NCBI GenBank assembly: GCA_044222185.1
Contig: JBGANV010000005.1
Coordinates: forward strand, 256,001-320,000
DNA: 64,000 nt
Source: Planctomycetota bacterium
GTDB taxonomy: Bacteria; Planctomycetota; GCA-002687715; CAIWVZ01
Reading direction: 5' to 3'
A program made the translations under genes and the position numbers. The notes beneath the pieces were generated by a model. The model was given only the letters and a program-made list of their open reading frames with translations. It was not told the origin of the DNA and searched no databases. This document shows positions 18,031 to 27,978 of this stretch, one piece after another (positions within the stretch are counted from its first letter, which is position 1; each line of letters opens with the position of its first letter).

Positions 18031-18905
18031 TTCCGCGGGAGATCCTCCGCAAGGTCAAGCGGATCCAGATCCTCACCTCGCGCAAGGTCACGGACCTGAT
18101 GGCGGGCCAGTACTCGTCCGTCTTCAAGGGCAAGGGGATGGAGTTCAAGGAGGTCCGCCACTACCAGCCGGGCGACGAGATCCGCCGCATCGACTGGAAC
18201 GTGACGGCCCGCACGGGCGTCCCTCACGTGAAGGAACACGTGGAGGAGCGCGAACTCACCGTGATGCTCCTCGTGGACGCGTCGTTGTCGCTCGACTTCG
18301 GCTCGGTGACGAAGACGAAGATGGAGATCGCCGCCGAGTTCGCCGCCGTCATCGCGCTCTCGGCGATCACGAACAACGACAAGGTGGGCCTCATCGTCTT
18401 CACCGACGAGGTCGAACTCCTCGTTCCGCCCAAGAAGGGCAAGCGACACGTCCTGCGCGTCATCCGCGAGATCCTCGCGTTCAAACCCCGACGTCGCGGC
18501 ACGAACATCGCGCGCGCACTCGAGTACCTGAACAAGGTGACGACGCGGCGATCGATCGCGTTCCTCGTGTCCGACTTCTTCGGCGCCGGGTTCGAGCAGG
18601 CCCTTTCCATCGCGAACAAGCGCCACGACCTCGTGGCCGTCGCCGTCTCCGACCCGGTCGAGAAGGCGCTGGCGGAGTTCCCCGCCATCGCCACGTTCGT
18701 CGACGCGGAGACGGGCCGCTACCTGGAAGTCGACGGGCGCTCCGCGCGCATCCTCGACGGTTATGGCCGCACGACGGCCCGAACCCGGGCAGCGCGACAA
18801 GACGCGTTCCGGTCGCGCGGCGTCGACACCATCGAGGTGACGACCAACGGCGATCCCGTCGAGCCACTCTTCCGGTATTTCCGCGAGCGCGAGAGGAGGA
18901 TGTGA
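18027..18905 (+). CDS. DUF58 domain protein
   Basis: GMEFKEVRHYQPGDEIRRIDWNVTAR...EEREL; overlaps the moxR stop (ATGA). Confidence 0.95.
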   Translation: MIPREILRKVKRIQILTSRKVTDLMAGQYSSVFKGKGMEFKEVRHYQPGDEIRRIDWNVTARTGVPHVKEHVEERELTVMLLVDASLSLDFGSVTKTKMEIAAEFAAVIALSAITNNDKVGLIVFTDEVELLVPPKKGKRHVLRVIREILAFKPRRRGTNIARALEYLNKVTTRRSIAFLVSDFFGAGFEQALSIANKRHDLVAVAVSDPVEKALAEFPAIATFVDAETGRYLEVDGRSARILDGYGRTTARTRAARQDAFRSRGVDTIEVTTNGDPVEPLFRYFRERERRM

Positions 18906-20215
18906 TGACGACCGATCGGCGAACCGGGTCGGCAGCCGTGATCGTGTTGCTGATCATCCTGCTGCTGCTCGCCGCAGGAACTCTCGGCGTCGTGCTCGTC
19001 GGCGTTCCGGCGGGCGGCCCGTCCGTCACGGCGGCGAGGACGTGGAACGTGGAACGCCAGCGCGAGTGGGCCGGCAAGCTGCTCGCGCGGGGGCTCCAGG
19101 ACGAAGCCGTCGGCGTCTACGAGTCGATCATCGCTTCCGGCGAGATCCCCGACGTGACGCTCGCGTCCATCTCGCTCTCGATCGGAAAGATCCACGCCGA
19201 TCGCCAGCGCTACGAGAAGGCCGTGGCGGCGCTCGACCGCGCCGCTCTCCTCACGACGTCCGACGAGCAGAAGGGCGAGATCAACCGACTTCTCGTCACG
19301 TGCCTCGAACGCCTCGGGCGATCGGCCGATGCGGCGTTCGAGCTGAAGAAGGCCGCAGCTCCGGGGACGTCGAAGGTGGAGGGCTCGGACGGCGGCGAGA
19401 CGCTCGCCGAGGCGGGTGACGTCAAGGTGACCCGCCGCGACCTGGAAGAGGCGCTGAAGCGGCTGCCCGCGAACGCAGCGTCGCAGTTCCAATCGCGCGA
19501 CGGACGCCGAGAGCTCGTCCAGAGCCTGCTGGCGAGCCGCGTCCTCTATTCCAAGGCGCGGAACCTCGGGCTCGACAAGAACCAGGAGGTCCGCGCTTCC
19601 GTGGAGGACGCCGAGAAGCAGATCGTCGTCTCCCGCTATCTGCATGACGAGGTCACCGCGAAGGTGAAGGTCGACGCCAAAGACGTGGAGACCTACTTCC
19701 AGGCGAACAAGAAGCGATACGACGAGCCTGCCCGGCTGAAGCTCGCGCACGTCGCCGTGAAGGACGCTGCGCGGGCCGACGAGCTGCGCGCGGCGATCGC
19801 CGCCGGGACGATGACGTTCGAGGACGCCGCGACGAAGGAATCCCAGGACGCCGAAACGGCCAAGACCGGCGGCGTCATCGCACAGGAGATCGTCGAGGGC
19901 GGGTACCACCCGACGTTCCCGACGGTCGCCGACGTTTTCACCGCCGTGGGTGACGCGCCCGCGGGATCGCTCGCCGCCGGCGTCGTCCGAGCTGGTGGGT
20001 ATCACCACGTCCTCAAAGTCGTTGCGCGGACGCCCGGGCGCGAACACACGTTCACCGAGATGCGGGAGCGAGTCACTCGCGACTACAAGCACGAGAAGGA
20101 GCAGAGCGGGCTCGAGGAACTGGTCGACTCGACCCTGAAGGCCGCCGGAGCCAGGATCCACGAGGATCGACTCGGGGGTGATGCGCCGGCGCCCACGACC
20201 CGTCCGGAGAAGTGA
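18902..20215 (+). CDS. Membrane-anchored TPR + SurA/PpiC (parvulin)-type peptidyl-prolyl isomerase
   Basis: N-terminal TM; TPR-like helices; LYSKARNLGLD; YFQANKKRYDEPARLKLAHV; TFEDAATKESQDAETAKTGG; GYHHVLKV. Confidence 0.8.
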   Translation: MMTTDRRTGSAAVIVLLIILLLLAAGTLGVVLVGVPAGGPSVTAARTWNVERQREWAGKLLARGLQDEAVGVYESIIASGEIPDVTLASISLSIGKIHADRQRYEKAVAALDRAALLTTSDEQKGEINRLLVTCLERLGRSADAAFELKKAAAPGTSKVEGSDGGETLAEAGDVKVTRRDLEEALKRLPANAASQFQSRDGRRELVQSLLASRVLYSKARNLGLDKNQEVRASVEDAEKQIVVSRYLHDEVTAKVKVDAKDVETYFQANKKRYDEPARLKLAHVAVKDAARADELRAAIAAGTMTFEDAATKESQDAETAKTGGVIAQEIVEGGYHPTFPTVADVFTAVGDAPAGSLAAGVVRAGGYHHVLKVVARTPGREHTFTEMRERVTRDYKHEKEQSGLEELVDSTLKAAGARIHEDRLGGDAPAPTTRPEK

Positions 20216-20221
20216 TCAACC

Positions 20222-21256
20222 GTGAGTCCCACAGGTCCTCATCCCGAATGGCGTCACCGAGCGTCGATCCTTCTGATCGCCGTCGCGTTCGCGTTCGGCG
20301 CGTGCGGCAGCAAGCCAGCGCCCGACGCGACGCCAGCGGCCGCCAGGAGTGAGGACATCCGTCCGATCACGGCGACCGCAACCGTCGACCGCGCGAAGAT
20401 CGACGTGGGCGACACCGTGAAGTACACGTTGACGGTCCGCGCGAAGAAGGGCTTCGTGCCCGACCTGCCGACGACGCTCGACAACATTCCCGTCTTCCTC
20501 GACCTCACGTCGTGGCAGAAGTCGACGCGCGAGGACGGCCTCACCGAAGCGTCACGAACGGCGACGGTCGACCCGGGCATCGGCCCGTACTTCGTCGTTC
20601 CCTCGCTCACCGTCACGTTCACGGACCCGGACGGCAAGAAGGGCGAAGTCCACGCGGACGAGGTCACCGTCGAGGTGAAGAGCCGCCTCGCCGCGGGGGA
20701 AGCCATTCCCGACATCAAGGAGCGGGTGGACGTGATCGTTCCGGCGGTACCGCCCAAGCCCGCGTCGAGGACGTGGCTGTGGATCGCGTGCGGCGCCGCC
20801 GCGCTGATGGCCGGGGCTGGCGTGACGACGTGGCTGATGCTGCGGAATCGCCGTGCTGCGCGCGTCGTCCTGCGACCGCCGTGGGAGATGGCGCTCGAGT
20901 CCATCACCAGGCTCCGCGCCGAGGGTCTCGTCGCCCAGGGCCGCGTCGAGGACTTCTACGTGAAGCTGTCGGGCATCGTCCGCACCTACATCGAGGGACG
21001 TTTCAACCTGATGGCGCCCGAGATGACGACGGAGGAGTTCCTCGCGACCGCGAAGGACGTGTCCGCGTTGCAGCCAGGCCACCAGCGATTGCTGCGTGAG
21101 TTCCTGACCGAATCCGACCTCGTGAAGTTCGCGCGCTACTCCCCTGGCGAAGACGAAGCGGGCAGTGCGGCGCGCGCCGCCGAGACGTTCGTGCGAGAGA
21201 CGACGCCCGTCAGTGCCGTGAGCGCTGGGACGCCGGCCGCGGGAGCGCATCGATGA
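20222..21256 (+). CDS. Bat-operon membrane protein (BatD-like Ig domain, TM, DUF4381-like tail); possible lipoprotein
   Basis: Lipobox-like FGAC; ATVDRAKIDVGDTVKYTLTV; TM; PWEMALE...FYVKLSGIVRTYIE...EMTTEEFL...SDLVKFA. Confidence 0.8.
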   Translation: MSPTGPHPEWRHRASILLIAVAFAFGACGSKPAPDATPAAARSEDIRPITATATVDRAKIDVGDTVKYTLTVRAKKGFVPDLPTTLDNIPVFLDLTSWQKSTREDGLTEASRTATVDPGIGPYFVVPSLTVTFTDPDGKKGEVHADEVTVEVKSRLAAGEAIPDIKERVDVIVPAVPPKPASRTWLWIACGAAALMAGAGVTTWLMLRNRRAARVVLRPPWEMALESITRLRAEGLVAQGRVEDFYVKLSGIVRTYIEGRFNLMAPEMTTEEFLATAKDVSALQPGHQRLLREFLTESDLVKFARYSPGEDEAGSAARAAETFVRETTPVSAVSAGTPAAGAHR

Positions 21257-22287
21257 CGCTCCGCGATCCGTGGTTCCTGCTTCTCGCGCTCCTGATCCCC
21301 ATGTCGGAGCTCGTGCTTTGGGCCCGCCGACGTCATGGCGCCGCCGGCATTCCCGCCGTACGGTTTCCCAACCTCGCACCGCTCGCCGCCCAGGGCGGGT
21401 CGTGGCGACTGCGCGCCAGCATCACGCTCCCCATCCTCAGAGTCCTCGCCGGCGCCCTGATCGCCCTCGCCATCGCCCGGCCCCAGATCGGCCGCCAGGA
21501 GACGAAGCTCGTCTCGCACGGCATCGACATCGTGCTCGCCGTCGACGTCTCCAGCTCCATGCTCGCGGAAGACATGGGCGACGTCCCCGAGCGCGATCGC
21601 GCCGGCCTCAGTCGCGTCGAGGCGGTCAAGAAGGTCATGCACGAGTTCCTCGATCATCGGCGTGATGACCGCATCGGGCTCGTGGTGTTCGGCGGGCACG
21701 CGTTCACGCAGTGTCCGCTCACGCTCGACTACGGGATCCTTCACGAATTCATCAAGATGCTCGCCTGCGTCGAGCCTGGCTCGGAGGACGACGGCACCGC
21801 CGTGGGATCGGGGATAGCGACCGCGGTCAGCCGCCTCACGGATACGAATGCGAAGAGCCGCGTGGTGATCCTGCTGACCGACGGCAGCAACAATCGAGGA
21901 GAGCTCAGCCCGGAGAAGGCTGCAGAACTCGCCGCCGCGGAGCGCGTGAAGGTCTACACCATCGGCGCGGGATCCAAGGGCCTGGCGCCGTACCCCGTGA
22001 TGGACCGATTCACCGGACGCCGCGTGTACATCAACCAGCGGGCCGACCTGGACGAGGATTCGCTCCGCAAGATCGCCGAGACGACGTCGGCCCGCTATTT
22101 CCGAGCGACGGATCTGGAGGCGCTGCGAAAGGTCTACGACGAGATCGACACCCTCGAGAAGACCGAGCGCGAGACGCCGCGTTACCTGGAGTACGACGAG
22201 AAGTTCGGCTGGCCGCTGGGCGCCGGGATCGCGGTCCTGCTGGCGGAGCTTCTTCTCGCGGGCACCGTCTTCCGGAGGGTGCCATGA
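21253..22287 (+). CDS. batA: BatA VWA domain protein
   Basis: DPWFLLL N-terminus; ARPQ; MIDAS DVSSSM; DRIGLVVF; GTAVG; LLTDG. Confidence 0.92.
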   Translation: MTLRDPWFLLLALLIPMSELVLWARRRHGAAGIPAVRFPNLAPLAAQGGSWRLRASITLPILRVLAGALIALAIARPQIGRQETKLVSHGIDIVLAVDVSSSMLAEDMGDVPERDRAGLSRVEAVKKVMHEFLDHRRDDRIGLVVFGGHAFTQCPLTLDYGILHEFIKMLACVEPGSEDDGTAVGSGIATAVSRLTDTNAKSRVVILLTDGSNNRGELSPEKAAELAAAERVKVYTIGAGSKGLAPYPVMDRFTGRRVYINQRADLDEDSLRKIAETTSARYFRATDLEALRKVYDEIDTLEKTERETPRYLEYDEKFGWPLGAGIAVLLAELLLAGTVFRRVP

Positions 22288-23324
22288 GCGAGTTCTTCGG
22301 CTCCCTCGACAGCAGCGCATGGCTCGCGGCGGCGGTGGGCGCGGCGTTGGCTCTCTGGTGGTTCGGGCGCGTGCGTGCGCGCATCACGCGGCAGCTCGTC
22401 GGCGCCCCACTCCTCGGCCGCATGCTCGTGGACGTGGATCCGCCGCGGCGTCGCACGAAGGCCGCACTGCTCGTCCTGTCGCTCCTCGTTCTCGGCATCA
22501 CGATGATGCGCCCCCACTGGGGCGTCGTCTTCGAGAAGGTGCAGCGCAAGGGCATCGACATCCTGTTCGTCGTCGACCTCTCGAAGAGCATGCTCGCGGA
22601 CGACGTGAAGCCGAATCGGCTCCAGCGAGTCACGGCCGAGATCAAACGCTTCGTCGAGGCGACGCTCGTCAGCGACCGGGTGGGCATCATCGCGTTCGCG
22701 GGAGTCAGCCACGTGCAGTGTCCGCTCACGCACGACTACGGCGCATTCCGGCTGTTTCTGGACGACATGGATCCGCGACTCATGCCACGTGGCGGAACGG
22801 CGATCGAAGACGCGCTCTACCGCGCGATCCAGTCGTTCCCGGACGAGGAGCGCAACCACAAGGCGATCATCTTGTTCACGGACGGCGAGGACAACGAAGG
22901 CGACCCCGTGCGTGCCGCGCAGGAGGCTGCCAAGCGCAACATCCGCATCTTCAGCGTCGGCATCGGTTCACCCGAGGGCTCGCTCATCCCGATCTCCGAC
23001 GGGAAGGGAGGTCGGACGTACCTCAAGGATTCGGAGGGTCAGGTCGTGAAGTCGCGCCTCGACGAAACGACGCTCGAGAAGGTCGCCCTGGCGACGAACG
23101 GCGCCTACAAGCACATGGTCGGCGGGCAGGACACGCTCGGCGAGATCTACGCGGAGGCGCGCAAGATCGAATCCCGCACCCTGGAGTCGGCGCAGGAGAA
23201 GCGCAAGGTCGAGAGATTCCAGTGGTTCGCCCTCGCCGCCCTCGTCATCCTGGCGATCGAGACGGCGCTCCCCGAGTCGCGCCGCAGGACGTTCAACGTC
23301 GTGGAGCCAAACCGTGCTGCTTGA
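22284..23324 (+). CDS. batB: BatB VWA domain protein
   Basis: ATG at 22284 overlaps the batA stop; RPHWG; DLSKSMLADDVKPNRL; FTDGED; VVKSRLDE; ERFQWF. Confidence 0.92.
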   Translation: MSEFFGSLDSSAWLAAAVGAALALWWFGRVRARITRQLVGAPLLGRMLVDVDPPRRRTKAALLVLSLLVLGITMMRPHWGVVFEKVQRKGIDILFVVDLSKSMLADDVKPNRLQRVTAEIKRFVEATLVSDRVGIIAFAGVSHVQCPLTHDYGAFRLFLDDMDPRLMPRGGTAIEDALYRAIQSFPDEERNHKAIILFTDGEDNEGDPVRAAQEAAKRNIRIFSVGIGSPEGSLIPISDGKGGRTYLKDSEGQVVKSRLDETTLEKVALATNGAYKHMVGGQDTLGEIYAEARKIESRTLESAQEKRKVERFQWFALAALVILAIETALPESRRRTFNVVEPNRAA

Positions 23325-25083
23325 ACGCATCGCATCGAGAATGGCCATGGGCCGCACCTTGGCGGCGCTCGTCATCCTGGCGGCCACGGCTACGGCAGTC
23401 GCGCAGCAGGACGTCGACCCCGTCGTGAAGAAGGCGCAGGACGCGAAGACGGCGCTCGACGCCGGCCGGTTCGACGACGCCCTCGCCCTCTTCAAGGACG
23501 CGCAGATCGAGCGCCCGGAGGCACCCGAGCTCGACCTCGACATCGGACTCGCCAGCTACAAGCTCGGCAAGTTCGACGATGCCGTCACGGCATTCACGAA
23601 GGCGACGCGCGCGAAGGACAAGAGGGTCGAGGCCTTCGCCTGGTTTCACCTGGGCAACACATGGTTCCGCCAGGGGAAGCTCGAGAACGCGCTCGAGGCC
23701 TACAACCAGTCGCTGCGCGTCGAGCCCAACGACGAGGATGCGCGCTTCAATCGCGAGATCGTCATCCGGCACATCAAGGAGAAGGCTCGCCAGAAGAAGG
23801 ACGAGCAGCGCAAGCAGGACATCGCCAAGCTGCTCCAGGAGCTGATCGCCGCGGAGACGACCACGGACCGCGGGACGCGGCTTTCGATCCACGAGACGGG
23901 CGAGAAGCCGCCACCGATCGCGGTGCGCGAGCTCGAGGCCGTGCTCGACGTCAGCACGGAGTCTCGCCCGACGCAGCCCCTCGCCGCCGACGCCCTGAAG
24001 GCCCGTGCGAAGGAACTGACGGACGCCCAGGCTGCCATCGTCAAGAAGACGGACGAGCTCATCGCGGCGATCAAGCTCGAGACGGAGACGAAACCGACGT
24101 CCCAGCCGACGGCGCCGTCGCAGGACGCGGAGAAGTACCAGAAGGTCCTCCCGCTCGTCGCCGAGGCGCGCGAAGCCCTGCAGGCCGCGCAGGAGACTCT
24201 CGCCAAGGCCGATCTCGGCAACGCGGTTCCGAGCCAGGATCTGGCGCTGACGAAGCTCCTGGAGGCACTCGACATCCTGATGGACGAGCTCACGCGCATC
24301 ATCCGGGACCAGGGCCTCGTCCTCGCCGACACGGCGAAGGCGGGAACGAAGCTCGGCGTCGAGCTCGAGGTTCCGGAGTCGCAGCCGACGAAACCGCCAG
24401 CGGCTTCGTCGATCAGACCATTGAAGCCGGACAGTCGGCCCGAGAGCCGGATCGTCAAGCTCGCGCCCGACGCCGCGGCCATGCTCGACCCGCTCGCGGA
24501 ACGCGAGGACGGCCTCAAGGATCGCACGGACAAGTTCGCCGTCGCCGTCGAGCAGATGCTCCAGCAGATGAAGGCGACGGACACGCGCGCGAGCGCCCCC
24601 GGCGGGCAGGCGAAGCCCGCCGATCCGCACGCCGACGGACCCAAGCCCGCCGACGTCGAGGAGGCGATCAAGCACCTGCAAGCGGCGTCCGACCACCTCA
24701 TCGATGCGAAGGGTCGCCTGACTGACCGAACCCTCCAGCCCGCCTTCGAGTCCGAGTTCCATGCGCTTCGCGAACTCCTGGAAGCCAAGCAGAAGCTCTC
24801 GCCCATGAGCCAGGGCCAGGACCAGCAACAGCAGGACGAGAAGAACCAGGACGACAAGAAGGACGATCAGAAGCAGGATCAGAAGAACGACAAGGACCAG
24901 CAGAACAAGGACAAGAAGGACGAGGCCGGCAAGAAGCCGGACGAGAAGGACAAGAAGGAGATGTCCAAGGAAGAGGCGGAGGCGCTTCTCGATCGAATGA
25001 AGCAACAGGAAAAGGAGTATCGCGACCAGAAGAAGGCCCAGCCGAAGGGTGCGAAGGACGCGCCCGTGAAGAAGGACTGGTGA
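23314..25083 (+). CDS. batC: BatC-like TPR protein with long helical insertion
   Basis: Signal peptide; TPRs (AWFHLGNTWFRQG...YNQSLRVEPNDEDARFNRE); Q/D/K-rich linker; MSKEEAEALL; terminal KKDW. Start may be 23341. Confidence 0.85.
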   Translation: MLLERIASRMAMGRTLAALVILAATATAVAQQDVDPVVKKAQDAKTALDAGRFDDALALFKDAQIERPEAPELDLDIGLASYKLGKFDDAVTAFTKATRAKDKRVEAFAWFHLGNTWFRQGKLENALEAYNQSLRVEPNDEDARFNREIVIRHIKEKARQKKDEQRKQDIAKLLQELIAAETTTDRGTRLSIHETGEKPPPIAVRELEAVLDVSTESRPTQPLAADALKARAKELTDAQAAIVKKTDELIAAIKLETETKPTSQPTAPSQDAEKYQKVLPLVAEAREALQAAQETLAKADLGNAVPSQDLALTKLLEALDILMDELTRIIRDQGLVLADTAKAGTKLGVELEVPESQPTKPPAASSIRPLKPDSRPESRIVKLAPDAAAMLDPLAEREDGLKDRTDKFAVAVEQMLQQMKATDTRASAPGGQAKPADPHADGPKPADVEEAIKHLQAASDHLIDAKGRLTDRTLQPAFESEFHALRELLEAKQKLSPMSQGQDQQQQDEKNQDDKKDDQKQDQKNDKDQQNKDKKDEAGKKPDEKDKKEMSKEEAEALLDRMKQQEKEYRDQKKAQPKGAKDAPVKKDW

Positions 25084-25086
25084 GGC

Positions 25087-26913
25087 ATGGCGCGAACTTC
25101 CACCCTGACGCTCGCATGCGCCCTGGCGATCACCTGCGCCGCGTCATCCCAAGTGACGGCCCGATTCGCCGACCGCAACGCCGTCATCGGCGAGCGCGCC
25201 GTCTACGTCATCGAGTTCACGCGCGAGGGTGAAGACGCGAAGAAGGAGGTGACTCCTCCGACCTTGCCGAAGGGCGATGCGTACGACGCGATGTACGCCG
25301 ACCGCCGTCAGTCCAGCAGCCGCCAGATGTACATCGTCAACGGCCGCGTGCAGGACCAGATGTCCGTGACGACGCAGCTTCTGTACTACGTCGTCCCGAA
25401 ACGGGAGGGCACGCTGACCATCCCAGCGTTCAACTGCGACCTCGGCGACATCACCGTTCGCGTCCCCATGGCGACGTTGATCGTCGAGCGCGAGGCGCCC
25501 GGGAACAAGTACGTCGACGTCGTCGTCACGATGAAGCCGTCGCACGCCTACATCGGGCAACCACTCGCGATCATGATCGAGGTGTTCTCGGACAAGCAGT
25601 TCCTGAACCGACCCGAGCCCGAGATGACGATCCCCTGGTTCCAGTCGCCACCGGGATTCGTCAGCGATGCGCCGCCGCCGGCGCGGCGCGAGGATGGCGT
25701 CGTCCCCGTCGCGATCGACGGGAAGTACTACAACTTCTCGCACGACTCGGTCACGCGCGATGGCCGCAACCGCTGGCGTCTGGCGTTCGAGCGCGAGGTG
25801 ACGCCCGTCAAGAGCGGCAAGGTCTTCCTCGACTCGGCGATCTTCCAGGGGGTCGTCGCCGAGCAGGTCGGTCGCGACGTATTCGGTAGCGCCGTCGCCC
25901 GCAGCACCGCGCGCGTCGTGAAGAGCTCGGCTCCCATCGAACTGGTCGTCGACGACGTGCCCGACGCGGGTCGCCCCGAGTCGTTCACGAACGCCGTCGG
26001 CGCCTACGACGTCCAGCTCAAGGCGGGGCCCGCCGAAGTGAAGGCCGGCGATCCCGTGACGATCACGCTGACGATCGAGGGCCGCGGACTTCTCGAGACG
26101 ATCAAGCTTCCCGAGCTCACCGGCTTCGATGGATTCACCCGCTACGAGCCCGAGCGGAAGATCGACACGCCGAAGCCGTCAGACCCCAAGTCGCGGCGGC
26201 TCACCGTTTCGTGGCTCGTCATCCCCAACTCCAACGACGTGAAGGAAATCCCCCGTGTGGCCTTCAGCTGGTTCGACGTGGAGGCGCGCCTGTACAAGAC
26301 GGCGACGGTCGGCCCGATCCCGCTGAAGATCCTCGGCACCGTTTCAGCCGCGCCGCTCGTCGTCGGCGCGAATCCGGAGGCGACGAAGCGCGACATCGTC
26401 GTGCGACGCGAGATCCTCTCGCACAAATCGGACTTCGGAACCATGCGGGCCAGCGGTGGTTCGCCATTCGGCGCTGGCTTTTGGACGGTGATCCTCCTCC
26501 CCGTCCTCACGTTGGCGGGGACGACGCTCTTTCAACGCCGCCGTGAGCGGCTCAGTGGCGATGCGGGGCTGCGTCGAAAGATCGTGGCGTCGAAGGCGGC
26601 GAGCATCAGGCTCGCCGAGGCCGAAGCACTCCTCGGCACCGAAGGCGATTTCGCCGGGCCGCTCGCCCGCGCCGTCAGTGGGTTCGTGGCGGACAAACTC
26701 GGGTTGCCGCCTGCCAGCGTGTCGGCCCGAACCGTGCGCGGTCAGCTCTCCATGAGGACGATCGAGCCCGCGACCGTCGCCGAGGCCGAGGCCCTCCTGA
26801 CCGACCTGGATGCTCGGCGCTTCAGCGGCGGCGCCGAGGATCGCGCCACGCGACAGTCACTCCTGGATCGCGCCCGCGAGCTCATCAAGACGCTCGATCG
26901 GAGGCTGCGATGA
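25087..26913 (+). CDS. batD: BatD family protein
   Basis: Signal peptide; IVNG, PKREGTLTIP, FTNAVG.Y, VKAGDPVTITLTIEGRG, FSWFD...YKT, C-terminal TM. Confidence 0.9.
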   Translation: MARTSTLTLACALAITCAASSQVTARFADRNAVIGERAVYVIEFTREGEDAKKEVTPPTLPKGDAYDAMYADRRQSSSRQMYIVNGRVQDQMSVTTQLLYYVVPKREGTLTIPAFNCDLGDITVRVPMATLIVEREAPGNKYVDVVVTMKPSHAYIGQPLAIMIEVFSDKQFLNRPEPEMTIPWFQSPPGFVSDAPPPARREDGVVPVAIDGKYYNFSHDSVTRDGRNRWRLAFEREVTPVKSGKVFLDSAIFQGVVAEQVGRDVFGSAVARSTARVVKSSAPIELVVDDVPDAGRPESFTNAVGAYDVQLKAGPAEVKAGDPVTITLTIEGRGLLETIKLPELTGFDGFTRYEPERKIDTPKPSDPKSRRLTVSWLVIPNSNDVKEIPRVAFSWFDVEARLYKTATVGPIPLKILGTVSAAPLVVGANPEATKRDIVVRREILSHKSDFGTMRASGGSPFGAGFWTVILLPVLTLAGTTLFQRRRERLSGDAGLRRKIVASKAASIRLAEAEALLGTEGDFAGPLARAVSGFVADKLGLPPASVSARTVRGQLSMRTIEPATVAEAEALLTDLDARRFSGGAEDRATRQSLLDRARELIKTLDRRLR

Positions 26914-27692
26914 TGCGTCTCCTCGGTCGATTCGTCGTGCTCGCGACGTGCGTCGGCATCGCTGCGTCGGCCTCCCGCGCGCAGGATCACAAGACGGATC
27001 CGCGACTCCTGTTCCTCAAGGGAAACGAGGCTCTGGATCACCGCGACTACGAGACCGCCATCGCGGCGTTCTCCGACATCGTCAAGGGTGGGGATGCCTC
27101 GGGCGAGGTGCACTTCAACTTCGGAAACGCACTCGTCGGGGTCGGTCGCATCGGCGAAGCAATCCGCGAGTACCGCCTCGCCCAGATTGCCTTGCCCCGC
27201 GACGCGGAGGTGGCGTTCAACCTGGGCATCGCCCGCGAGATGGTGGTCGACAAGGTGGCGCACGCGGAGATCGCTCCCGCCGTGAAATCGCTCCTCTTCT
27301 TCCACATGTCGACGACTCTGGAGGAAGCGCGGAACGCGTTCGTGGCGCTCTTCGTGCTGACGCTCGCGTTGCTCCACGTCCGAGTGTTCGTGCGGCGGAC
27401 CTGGCTGACGCGGCTCGCCGTCGTCGCGCTGTCGCTCGCGATGCTGGCCGGCGCGTCGCTTCTCGTCCGAACGACGATCGCCCCGTCGCCGCGCGAGGCG
27501 GTGGTCCTGTCGCCCGAGGCGGTCATCCGCTCCGGCCCCTCGTCGGACTTCGCCGAGACGTTCAAGCTGCATGAAGGCGTCGAAGTGAAGGTCGAAGAGG
27601 AACGCAACGGCTGGCTCAAGATCGACCTCGACGGCCGCAAGGGCTGGTTGTCGTCGACGTCCGCCGCCCTGATCGATCCCCTTCGCGACTGA
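26910..27692 (+). CDS. batE: BatE TPR + SH3b protein
   Basis: FLKGNEAL..., HFNFGNA..., PRDAEVAFNL, two TMs, RSGPSS...FKLHEG...GWLKI...GW. Confidence 0.9.
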   Translation: MMRLLGRFVVLATCVGIAASASRAQDHKTDPRLLFLKGNEALDHRDYETAIAAFSDIVKGGDASGEVHFNFGNALVGVGRIGEAIREYRLAQIALPRDAEVAFNLGIAREMVVDKVAHAEIAPAVKSLLFFHMSTTLEEARNAFVALFVLTLALLHVRVFVRRTWLTRLAVVALSLAMLAGASLLVRTTIAPSPREAVVLSPEAVIRSGPSSDFAETFKLHEGVEVKVEEERNGWLKIDLDGRKGWLSSTSAALIDPLRD

Positions 27693-27695
27693 CGC

Positions 27696-27978
27696 GGAAC
27701 GCCGCGCTCCAGCGCGGCTGGACGGCAGGGTTTCAACCCTGCGTGGGGTGCTGAGTGCGTTTGCTCGCAACCACTGTGGCTCACGGCCGTGCCAGGCGGC
27801 AGCTCGCACGAACCACTCGATGGCTCGCCGTGGTCTCGGCAGGGCGGGAGCCCTGCCATCCAGCCGGGCGCAGCCCGGCGCTCCGACGAACCGCCGCTCG
27901 CGCGCCACTCGATGGCTCGCCGTGGTCTCGGCAGGGCGGGAGCCCTGCCATCCGGCCGGGCGCAGCCCGGCGCTCCGA
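27696..27978. repeat. Cluster of three REP-like double-hairpin units, including a 74-bp direct repeat with 92-bp period
   Basis: Unit on + at 27696-27742; units on - at 27838-27884 and 27930-27976. 27813-27886 and 27905-27978 differ at one base. Lies between convergent genes. Confidence 0.85.

Noticed and set aside
24826-24960. Low-complexity CAG/AAG/GAC repeat
   Set aside because: Encodes the normal Q/D/K-rich linker of BatC.
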